A stretch of DNA of 64,000 nucleotides, taken from the human T2T-CHM13v2.0 reference genome, Homo sapiens. The stretch lies in the NCBI RefSeq assembly GCF_009914755.1, contig NC_060938.1. One strand, 5' to 3'. Position 1 is the stretch's first letter; the number at the start of each line of letters is the position of its first letter. A model generated the notes under the pieces. That model was not told the DNA's origin. It worked only from the letters and a program-made list of their open reading frames with translations, and made no database searches. Positions 52,819 through 64,000 of this stretch are shown here, one piece after another. Position numbers and translations under genes: made by a program.

Positions 52819-53609
52819 TCTTCTGGAGGATAGGGGATTAGGCTGTTTTTCTTACTTCCCTTTGTAGGAGAGGAAATATGATTTGGTGACCTAACAGGTT
52901 GTTGTTCCCAACTTCAACAGCTAAAACCTTAGACTCGATAAGGCCTCCCTCATGAATCCTATAACCTGTCTCTGCAGGCCCAACATAAAACAACATGAGC
53001 AGCGTTTCAGAAAACACGAATTTTCCTCCGGTGATCAGATTTTCACACAGACTCTGTCTCCTTACAAAGTAGTCCTTTACCCCTCTTTCACTCTAACGTT
53101 GCAGGTGGCAGCAGTAAGCATTCATTTCAAGGGCAGAGGGATCTTTCCATTCAGTCAGGCACTTTTAAACCACAGGACTGTTCTCCCTGTACCACTGCCA
53201 AATTCTTCCCGGCAGGAGTTTGAGGGAAGCCTAACAGGGCAGAGATGTATCTTGTTTGCTGGCTGGATTTGTTCTCACCTAACACAGCTAAGGCAAAGCC
53301 ATCTATTATTGTCTCCTGGTTTTGAATGTTGTCTGAGGAATATGGATAGATAGCTCAAGTTCCAGCAAAGATTTTTAAGTCAGCCTACGTGGATCTTTCC
53401 TCCCAAGCCCCACCACTGCAGCTCCAGGCTAACTGTTGTTTGTCTTGGGTTTTTGTTCAGCCTGGGGCTTTCCAGTTACGAAGGCTGATTCTAAGACTCT
53501 TACATAGTGAACTTCATAAATCTTATATTTAGTTTTATTTTGCCAATTTCCAAAATGAGATTTAATTCATTGATTGACTCATTTTTAACTCCTTCATGTT
53601 ATGTGGATT

Positions 53610-55030
53610 CCTCTCTAACATTTTATGAAAAATATTTAAATTTACAGAAAAGTTGGAAGAACTAAGAACACCCATATATATATTCTCTAAATTCAACAAT
53701 TTATATTTGCTACATTTGTATTTTAAATTATTTATATTTATCTATCTGCCTATATTCTTATTCATTAATCAATTAATCTCTTTTTTTGGTGGGAGGGATC
53801 TTTTAAATTAAGTTTCAGACATTTCGGCTGAGTGCGGTGGCTCACACCTGTAGTCCCAGCACTTTGGAAGGCCGAGGCAGAAAGATTACTTGAGGTCAGG
53901 GGTTCAAGACCAGCCTGGCCTACATAGTGAAACCTTGTCTCTACTATAAAAAAAAAAAAAAAAAAGAAAAAGGAAAAGGAAAAATAAACCAGGCATGGTG
54001 ATGCATGCCTGTAGTCCCAGCTACTCAGGAGGCTGAAGCAGGAGAATCACTTGAACCCAGGAAACGGAGGTGGCAGGGAGCTGAGATTGTGCCACTGGAC
54101 TCCAGCCTGGGCAACAGAGTGAGTGAGACTTCATCTCAGAAATAATTAAATAAATAGAAAGACCTCAGTACTTTATACACCTAAATACTTCAACAATATT
54201 TAAAACTTACAGTTTCTTTATTCTTCGTATAAAATTTATATACAATGAAAAGCACAAGTCATAAATGCACTATTGAATTTAAACAAATATATACACTTGT
54301 ACAAACCAATTCTCTCTTGAAACCCAGAAATTTCTCTCATATACATTTCTAGCAATTCTTGCCCGACGTCCCCAGAAGTAACTATATTTTTGGTTTATGT
54401 CAACACAGAATAGTTTGGTCTATGCTGTAACTTTATGTAAATGGTATCACTTTAGTTTTAAATTGCTTTTATTGGATATAATATTTTTGAGATTTATATA
54501 TGTTATTGTGTATATTAAAAATTCATTCATTTTCATTGCTGAATATTATTTTATAAATGAGTATATTGTGGTTTGCTTGTCATTTTCTTACTGATGAACA
54601 CCTAGTCTATTTCTAGACTTTGGCTTTTTTTCTTAGTGAAGTTTCAGTGAAGATTCTTGTACAAGTATTTAGTAGACATAGTTTTCTTTTGTGTGGAGGA
54701 GGGAGTAAATATTTTGAAATAAAATTATTGTATAGCACAATTGTCAATATTTAGTTTCATAAGAAACTGCCAGACCTTTTTCACACAAAGTGGTTTTACC
54801 ATTCTACACTCCCCCCAAGAAGAGGACGTTCTAAATGCTCTATATTCTGGCCAATATTTGGTGTTGTCAGGTTCTTTAAATGTTCATGTTCTGGTAGATA
54901 ATTAGTGGTATGGTTTTAATTGGAATTTTCCTAATAACTAGCAATATTTAGCACTTCTTTTTGGGCTTATTGACCACATATATATCTTCCTTGTTGAATA
55001 ATCTATCCATATATTTTGGCCTCATTTATT
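53610..55030 (-). mobile_element. Old L1M 3' fragments interrupted by an Alu
   Basis: attcattttcattgctgaatattatt...aagaaactgccagacc...ggttttaccattctacactccc. Confidence 0.7.
53826..54150 (+). mobile_element. AluS with expanded central A-rich linker
   Basis: Alu dimer; linker A/GA run 53948-53988. Confidence 0.92.
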
Positions 55031-55308
55031 TTTATTTTGACTGAATAAATGTTTATTGATTGCCTATAATGAACATAACAGAATCTAGGAAAAATACAGT
55101 ACAAACAAACAAACTAAAACTTCCCAGACTTCTTGCTCTTGTAGAGCCGATGAACTGGCTAGATAGTCAGAAAAATAAACAGAAAATCACAGTTCAGTGA
55201 TTGCTGGGGGTGTGTGCATCAGTGGGTCACCTGACTCTTTCTTGTTGGGAAGTGGTAAGAGAGGCCATCATGATAGGGTGGGAAGATATGTCTGTTATTG
55301 ATGGACAG

Positions 55309-55777
55309 TGTATTCATCCCCTAGGGCTGCTGTAACACATTTAAACAAACTCAGTGGCTTAAAAAAACCCAGAAATTTATTCTCACACAGTTCTAAAGCC
55401 TAGAAGTCTAAAATCACAATGTCACAAGGTCATATTCTCTCTGAAGGCTCCAGGGGAAGACAGTTATTCTTTACCACTTCCTAGCTAATGGTATTTGCCA
55501 GCAATCCTAGGTGGTCCTTGTTTTATAGAAACTTCACTCCAATCTCTGCCTTCCTCTTCATATAGCCTTCTTCTCTGTGTCTGTATGCAAATTTTCCTCG
55601 CTTTTCTCTTATGAAGCTACCAGTCACTGGATTTAGGGTCCACCCTTATCTGGTATGACCTCTTTTTAACTTGACTATATCTGCAAAGACCCCATTCCAA
55701 ATAAGGTTGCATTCACAGACACCAGGGATTAGCTCCTGAATATGTGTTTTGGGGTCACACAATTCAACCTGCAACAG
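55309..55777 (-). mobile_element. MLT1B/C MaLR solo LTR
   Basis: tgtatt...agggctgctgtaaca...atctgcaaagacccc...ccaaataagg...acacaattcaacctgcaaca. Confidence 0.85.
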
Positions 55778-56639
55778 ATTGCAATAGAAGGGTTAATCCA
55801 TGGTGCATAGAGTCCTAAATTAGATACCTGAGGCTATCAAGTCCTCCTTCCACCTATAATTCGGTTAACTTCCGAAAAATTGAGCAACTCATTTCACCTT
55901 TTTGCACTTCATGTGCTTCATTTAAAAAGAAAGAAAAAAGACATGATCATTTCTAAGGTTCTTTGTAAATCTAGTTTACAAAACACTATGATATCATGTC
56001 CTGCTGACTCAGCCATCTCTACCTGCAGTCTAGCTTGAGTATTCCTCCTGGATAGTTCTCTAGCATCCTGGGCATGTTGATATCACAGCATCTAACACAG
56101 TGTATTACTACAATTACTAAATTGTAGTGCACAGACTTTCTTTTGCAAGAAAAACCGTGATGTTATTTTATTCTAGTTCATTGATGTTGCCTTTTATTTT
56201 AGATCAATTTCATTCTCTCATTTTGTATATGGAAAATATATCTGAAATTACTTGAATTCAGTAAATGCACTTTGTTCACCCTGCTTCTCATTGTTTCATG
56301 TCTATCAGTTATCTTCCTGTGCCAGTTTTAACCCCCTGAGGTTAGTATTCTGATTCTGACTGCTCGAGTGAAGAGAATATCTAATCTAAACAGTCAACTC
56401 TCATCACACTTTGTTCTTTTATTTTGACAAGTATGGTTTAGTTTTTATTTATAAAAATGCCTCCCAGTAACCAGTAAATGCACTGCAATATATCCTGTGA
56501 AAACAACGGCATCTGAGTAATATGAGTCAACACAATTTCCTGAAAATAATCTAGTGTACATATTGGTCAGGAAGATAAATGTGGTTTGCATAGATATGCA
56601 AAATTACATTGCACATTTAAATTAGTCATGCAAATGTCC

Positions 56640-57700
56640 CTCTACTGTGTTCCTGAGAGAAATAAAGAAAATAATTACAAATGGTGGTTAGTGCTAAAGA
56701 GGAAATAAACAAAAGGATAAAGCAGGAATTAGGGATGGGGGAATACACAGAGCAAGTGGTCAGGGAAGGTCTTGCTGAAGAGATGACACTAAAGCTAAAA
56801 CATGAAAGATGAGCAGGACCCAGCCTGCAAAGTGCAAGTGTGTGTGTGTGTGTATGTGTGGGGTATGTGTATGTGTGGTGTGTATGTGTGTGGGGGGTGT
56901 GTGTGTGTGGTGTGTGTGTATGTGTGGGGTGTGTGTGTGGCGTGTGTATGTGTGGTGTATGTATGTGTATGTGTGGTGTGTGTGTATATGTGTGGTGTGT
57001 ATGTGTATGTGTGGGGTGTGTGTGTGTAGTGTGTGGTGTATGTGTGGTGTGTGTGTATTGTGTGTGTATAAGTGTGGTGTGTATGTGTGATGTGTGTGTG
57101 TATGTGTGGGGGTGTGTGTATCTGTGGCGTGTGTGTGTATGTGTGGTGTGTGTATGTGTATGTGTGGGGTGTGTGTGTAGCATGTGTGTATATGTGGTGT
57201 GTGTGTATGTGTGGTGTGTATGTGTGTGTGGTGTGTATGTGTGATGTTTGTATGTGTGGAGGGTGTGTGTGTGGTGTGTGTATGTGTGGTGTGTGTATAT
57301 GTGTGTGGTGTGTGTGGTGGGGGGAAGAGTTTTTCAAGGAATATGAATACCACATGCAAAGGAAAAGGCTTGGCAAAATGATAATGTGGTCAGGCTGAGT
57401 AATAAAAATAGCTGTACACAATGAGGTTATGTAAGGTTTTGCCATAAGCCAGGGCTAGGTCATGCAGGATTTATTATGTCATGCAATAAATTTGGATTTT
57501 CTTCAAACTATTCTGGGAAGCCACTGAAGGATTCTGAGATGAGATATGATGTGATTTGATTCAAAAAATAACTTTGGCCATATTTTTGAGAAATGATGCT
57601 GAATTGAGCTGGACCAAGGAGACTATGTGGAAGGCTGTTGAGGTAACTAGATTGAAAGATGCCATGAATCCTCAAAATTTGAAGATACTTGTACTTTAAA
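56640..57700 (-). mobile_element. L2 fragment split by a GT-rich array
   Basis: gtggtcagggaaggtcttgctgaagagatgacact left of the array; cacatgcaaagg...gggaagccactgaagg right of it. Confidence 0.65.
56835..57322. repeat. ~490-bp degenerate GT-rich repeat (GTGTGTATGTGTGG-like units)
   Basis: Directly visible. Confidence 0.95.
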
Positions 57701-58099
57701 TGAAAGTACAGCAAGTCGTGTAGACAGGAGCATGTTTGAAAGTTTGTATAAGAATACTTAGACTACTAAGTCTCCTTTCTCACTAATCTCAGATAAATAA
57801 TTGGACTCCCTTCACTATCACAGAACATTAAAGATTTATTCTCTACCAAAGTTTGTTAACCTGAGAGATTCTAACTCAAGGGCACAAATAAAGGGGATGA
57901 AATTACACTCATAAGAAGGGGATTAAGGTAAATGTCTACACACAAAATAGTGAGAATCTTAAGATTTTTCTACTCATCTTCAAGAACATGAATGCCAGGC
58001 TTACACTGCCTGGGAAATATATTGGAAAATTCTTCTGGGACTACCAATTACTTGATAAGAAAAGACCTTTAGCCACGAATAATTAGAGAACTCCAAGAG

Positions 58100-59700
58100 A
58101 GTCCAGCCAAATCATTTTCTTTGATCCAGAACCTGCACTTTCCTGATGGATTTTCAGTGCATCACTTTTAAATGTGACAAACATCAAGTGGTTACCAAAT
58201 ATTTGCAGAAGATCTCAAACAGTAAGTATTTAAAATACCGGAGAAATCATGCAAAAGGCATTAGAAAATCATATGGACACGAGAGAAAAATGACATATTC
58301 ATTAAACAGCAATGGATTGCTCTACAAAATGCAAACATTCGGAGATTTTAAAAAGTCCTTGCAAAATAAAAATCAGATAGCAGATATGAAAATTTAATAG
58401 AAAAATGGTAGTGGCAATACAATTTATAAAAGCTATAAAAGAAAAATAAAATTATGGTAATTTAAAAATATGATTAATCTTCTCTGTTCAGCAACTCAGT
58501 ATCTGAAAAATAACTGTATCAGAAGGAATTAAAATAAATAAAAAGAAAAAAAAATTCAAGGAAACTTCCCACAACTAAAGTTCATGATTTTTCAAACTTA
58601 GACGACTCTTCAGTAGAGTGACTATCTGCCCTGGTTTGCCTGGGACTGGGGTTAGGTATTCTTGGGATGAAGGACTTTCAGTTTTAAAATTACAAGGGGC
58701 CCAGGAATGCTGGGAAGAGTTGGTTACCCTACTAACCAAATGCCAGTATGGCGGATAAAAGACTCATCCCAATGATATACCATCATGGGACCTACGGGAC
58801 AAGATGAGAAGCTTATATAATTTCAGAGATGACTGAAAAGGCTTGTATACAAAGGAATCAGAAAAGGTATCAAACTGCTCAATAGCAGCACTGGAAGCTG
58901 GAAGACAATGGGGCAAGGCTATCAAAACTCTGAGAATAAATACTTTCTAACCCAGAATTTTATAACTAAATATGTTTTCAGATATGAAAGTTCTAGGAAA
59001 ATTTTCCTTATGCCCTTTTCCAGGAGAATATACTCCACTAACATAGAGAAGTAAGCCAAGAAGGTAAAAATTATGGGGTCTAGGAAAATGAAAATCTCAC
59101 ATGTGAAAGAAAGATAAAGAATTTCCATGGTGAAGGGAACAGAAATATCCCAAGATAATGTCATTTCAACAGCCATATTGAAGGAAACAACGGATCTTCA
59201 AAAAGGATATTACCAGGAAAAAATGCTTAAAATTAGTGAGAGAAAATTTTACTTATGATAGTGCACTAGGGATGGTTCCAGACAGAAAAATAAGTAAATA
59301 AAAAGAAAGTTTAGAAAAATAACAAAAAACCTATACAGTGCATGAATTACTTATGAGTGTTTACCTAATCACAATAATAGAAACACATCATAGCGTTCTA
59401 CTAAAAATGATGATACAATTTTAACAACAGGAAGGAAAAAGATAATCTATGTGTGAAGTTATGTGGGGACAATGTAAGAGACATGGTAGTCTCAGCTCCT
59501 TTAATAGGAAATCAGTAGATTTCCCTAAAACTGGAATAGTCATGCAAAAGTGTAAGACATATTATTTAGAAATTAAGAGGCAAATACCAGGGTATGGCAG
59601 CAGGGAGAGCAATTTGAAAGAGGTGCAAGCTGTTGTTTTTAGAAAAATGAGAATTAAGGGTGAGGAAAGATAGTTTTAGGAGACTACTATATATGTAGAC
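58100..59700 (+). mobile_element. HAL1 / old L1 ORF1-like fossil
   Basis: tacaaaggaatcag...caatagcagcactggaagctggaagacaatgg...aacccagaattttata. Confidence 0.55.
58614..58731. mobile_element. MER81-like hAT-Blackjack MITE
   Basis: tagagtgact...ctggtttgcctgggact...ggactttcagt...gagttggttacccta inverted ends. Confidence 0.7.
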
Positions 59701-62700
59701 CTTATAAAATCATTTGGTGTGTGTCACTATTGTTGTGATGACAATAATAACACAGAACTATCTGTGAGTGGGAAAGATAATTAAAAAAAAGTGGTGGTAT
59801 GTGAGCCTGCTGAGATGTTAAATAATATGAGGACAGCAAACTGTTCATTGAACTTGGCAACACATTTTCATGGAGACCTAGACAAGACAATAGTCATTGG
59901 AGAGGTGCAGGCAGAAGCCACACTGTCCTGTAATTATGAGTGGTTGTAAAAGGAGGTAAATCAGACTTGATTTATATTCAAAGTCTGAAACTGAATAGTC
60001 ATTCTAGATCCAAAGTGCCTTAGTAGCAAGAGTATGAAAATCTATTCTGTCATTTTTGGTTCAATCAAGCTTCAGGGAGGAAATGATGATATCCTTAAAA
60101 GGAAAAGTTAAGAAATTTTTTTGAAGGTGCCATTTACACAACGTTAAGAAAACTGGCATAGGATAGTGAACACATCCCAGGGTTAGAAGAGAGGAAGCCA
60201 TGGCCAGGCTTAGGCCTAAAGGGGTAAGGGGAGGGTGTGACTGCTGAAGTCCTACAAGCTCTGGGGCTAGAGTAGTGTGCTACCCTTCTAGTGTTATGGC
60301 CCTTGCAGCAATTGCTGCAATATCTCTCCTCATTTCTTCTCATTTCCTACCAGCACCTGCCATCATAAACTCAATTAGTAGCCAAAAGTCAAGGCAGCCT
60401 GTATGATGCAAGCCATGGATGTTTACCTTGGGATAAAGCAGACCAGCTAAGTTTGAAAAATGTATTTGAAAGGACAAATAGAAACTACCAGCACAATACC
60501 GTGAATTTAAATGAGCTACTGTCTTGGTCCATTTTTATTTGTCTTTTAAATGTTCTCAATTTTAATTGACTTTCTTACCATGTACTTCTTTATAATGTCT
60601 ATGTATTCATACTTTTGGTTTACTAATTATTTGGCTCACTCATGATTCATGAGTTATGTTCACTTTGTGATTGATTATTTTGCTTCATTTCCTGTAAACA
60701 ACTGCCTGATTTTTTACAATTTCCCAATTCTGCTTTCTAAGTTGAAGAATCTCTTTGAATCGGATCTTCATTGTTTTGATAGAGCTTTATTCTCCAGACC
60801 ATCTCATAGGTCATTGGCCAAGCCCTAGATGTCCTATCTTCAGTCCACTTACCTCTGGCCAGAGAGGATGTGCCATTTATAAAAGTATGGCAGTTTACAT
60901 CCATCCTGCAAAAAGGGCCAGAGGTTATAAAGATTGCCTTAGAAAGAGAAGAGAAGAGTGTAAGAAGATTCAGAGTTAGCATTTATAAAGCTAAACTGAT
61001 ATGTATAAAGCACTGTTATATGCATTAACACCTGTATATGAAAGAAACAATATGAAAACATACATGTTAAATGACTTATCTAAAATTTCCTAGCAAAATT
61101 ATAGCAGAACCAGACAACATAGAAAACCAAGTACTTATATTGATAGAGCCTAGAAGATTAAATTTGAAAAATATAATGTTATATTATTAGAAGACAGAGC
61201 AATACATAAAGAGATTATATAGAAATATGGACCCCACGAATTATAATCTGAGGTGAGAAGAAATGGAACCTACTACAAGTGCCCAGAAGAAGAGAGGAAG
61301 AAATGTGGTTAGAAACATAAAATATTAACAAATTGGGAAATTTAACATTTGCAATGGTATAAAGTGAAATTCTAAAAAACCATAAATCTTTCATCCTTCC
61401 TGTCTCTGCTGGGAGAAAACAGGCCAGGTGGAGACTTAAAGGATTGGAACTTGAGGCCCTATGTGGCTCCTGAAAAAGGTACCATGTGATGAGATTGAGA
61501 GCTTAAAAGGTGAGAAGAACCTACTGGGGTATGGAGGGTGGGCAGAGAAGACAGTGGGGGAGAAATAATGCTCAGGCATTGTAGATTTGAAAACTATGCA
61601 GATGACGTGTACTGTAAAGAATGTTTTTAGAAATTTCTATGTACATTCTGTACACAGATCTGGGTCCCCCTCCTTGGATGTAAAAGACAAAGAACTAATC
61701 ACAGTCAGGTGAGATGTTTCAATAGAACTTTTGACTAATCTGTTAATAGATCTTTTGACTAATCTACAACAATCTGTTGTAAGGTTGTAAGTAGCATATC
61801 TTGAAGGAATCCCTCATCTTGAGTCATTGCCTGACTCGAAAAAAATGCCCAGTTGTTCCTCTCCCTCTCATCCCATTCATTTAATATAATTAAGCCACTT
61901 ACCATTTAAAATGGTAGACCGAAGGTTAATTATCTTGAAATATGTATCAAGAGAATGAACTTTAATATTTTTAGGCCAGTAGTTAGGCTCCAGGTGGGCT
62001 GGAAATAGAAAAGAATACCTGTCATCTGGGTTTAGAAAGTATTGTTACCAATGGGCATGTGTGACCTGATCATAAATATGTTTAGTCTAGAATCAAAAAT
62101 GGTGGAAATGGAAAAGCAAAAACCTTCCAACAATCCATCTATAATTACATTTTGGAGTCCTTTATTTCCTTTATATCCCAGTTGTTCCCTTCCGTACATT
62201 TTTAGAATCTGGATCTTAATTAAGAAATACTGAATTGTGTCAATAATGGGAACCATTTTCTTTTTCTTTTGTTCCAAACGATTTTTGCGGATCAGGTTTA
62301 AAGCATTAAAAAAAAAGTAGTGTAGCATCTTTTAGTTATTTGACATGCAAATGACGAAAAGTCAGAAGAAAGTCAATATAATACAAAATGAGTATCTCTA
62401 ACTGGTCATTTAAGACAAGATAGATCACTTAATTTGAACTGAGGTTTCTCATCTATTAATAAAAAAGATATAACATCCTTTGCATTCTTAGGTTCTATTA
62501 GGCACAGGGAATTTCTGTTCAGCACAGGGAATTGGTTCCATTTAGGTGCAAGGAATTTCTGAGGTGTATTTCATTGATGAAGGCAAGGAAAATTATGACA
62601 ATTTACACATTTAGATTCCTCAAAACACCCAGCTCCCTGGTGAGCCCTTAACATAAAAGGACTCAAGTGGTCCATATTTAGTTGCCTACTGGTATTTGGC

Positions 62701-62729
62701 CTAAGACCTGGATAGTAAGATAGAAAAAG

Positions 62730-63318
62730 CCTTTTTTTTTGTACAGTTTCACCAGCATCTCTTATTTTCTGACTTTTTAATAATAGCCATTCTGACTGGT
62801 GTTAGATGGTATCTCATTCTGGTTTTGATTTGAAATCCTCTATTGGTCATTGATGTTGGGCTTTTTTTTATACGATTGTTTGCCATATGTATGGCTTCTT
62901 TTGAAACGTGTCTATTCCTGTCCTTTTGCCACTTTTTTATGGAGCTGTTTGTTTTTATCTTGTAAATTTGTTTATGTTTCTTACAGATGCCGGATATTAG
63001 ACCTTTGTTGGATGCATAGCTTGCAAATATTTTCTCCCATTCTGTAGGTTGTCTGTTTACTCTGTTAATAGTTACTTTTGCTGTGCAGAAGCTCCTTAGT
63101 TTAATTAGGTCCCATTTGTCAATTTTTGCTTTTGCTACAATTGCTTTTGGTGTCTTCTTTATGGAGGAGGGAGAGGATCGGGAAAAATAACTAATGGGTA
63201 CTAGGCTTAATACCTGGGTGAGGAAATAATCTGTACCACAAACCCCCATAACACAAGTTTACCATGTAAAAAACCTGCATTTGTAACCCTGAACTAAAAA
63301 TAAAAGCTTAAAAGAAAA
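62730..63318 (+). mobile_element. L1PA13-16-like insertion with 5' inversion (ORF2 piece on - strand 62730-63161, 3'UTR/A tail on + strand 63162-63318)
   Basis: [17 protein letters not shown]...[13 protein letters not shown] on minus, abutting ggaggagggagaggatc...ctaatgggtactaggcttaatacctggg on plus. Confidence 0.88.
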
Positions 63319-64000
63319 TCCTAAGGAAATTCAAATAAAGTATGGACTTTTTTAAAAAATAGATAGGTAAATAAACTAAGAAGTATTGACTTAAAAAAAA
63401 AAAAGACAGGAAAGGCCATTTCTCAAAAAAGCATTCCCTGGTGCTTTACTCTTATTTCACATGGAGTTACATATTTTGATTTCTTATTTGTAAACTTAAC
63501 TGTTTCCAAAAATCAAAATAAGAATAGGAATCATGAGCTGTGTGGTGAGATGGACACTACCAAAAAGATGGCAACGAATGATGAAGATATTTGGCCTGCC
63601 ATGAGGCCTTCGGCTGTCTTGTGATTTACAAGTTGTTCTCAACTTCCAAAGATGTAGGAAAAATCCTTTTTCCTCTCAAGAAAAGGAAGGTTTGCTGCCA
63701 GTAGTTTCTCTCACAGCACATCTATCCTACGATTCCGAGAAGTATTTTTTTTTCTTTGTTTTATTCTCCCCTCTGGGATCTTATATCATGAGAGGAAAAG
63801 CAGGCCTGATGGGAAACAAAAGCAGACATTTTATGGATTGTAATTGATGAAAGAATGAAATGCATTAACTAATTGAGAACAGAAAATTGGAGCTTGAGAT
63901 CCCATTAGAAATCTCTTCTACTTCCTAGATCTTTTTAAAGATTTCCAAAATGCTTTTGGTTGGCCCCCTCACTGCTTTCCATCTGCTGTGTTTTTCTTTT

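Noticed and set aside
56626-57445. His/Thr- and Val/Cys-rich ORFs on both strands
   Set aside because: Translations of the GT repeat

Overview
AT-rich, repeat-dense primate (very probably human) non-genic DNA; no prokaryotic features and no intact spliced protein-coding gene are recognisable. The one gene-derived feature is a young, full-length processed retrocopy of alpha-endosulfine (ENSA) on the minus strand (22391-25253). It has a 14-bp target-site duplication, a poly(A) remnant, the 5'UTR, a ~2.35-kb intron-read-through 3'UTR and a single 1-bp frameshift at codon 98. The rest is a mosaic of Alu, L1, L2, MIR, ERVL/MaLR LTR and hAT fossils plus tandem repeats, including an MLT2A LTR with a ~1.77-kb structured TTCC(TA)n expansion. 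I found no evidence for a new multi-gene system. The best leads are the retrocopy's altered protein potential and several local rearrangement scars: a double fold-back hairpin, a 44-bp perfect palindrome with dispersed arm copies, a templated insert in an L1, and a ~130-bp TSD-like duplication. Repeat subfamily names come from recalled consensus sequences and need RepeatMasker/Dfam confirmation; boundaries of old repeats are approximate.
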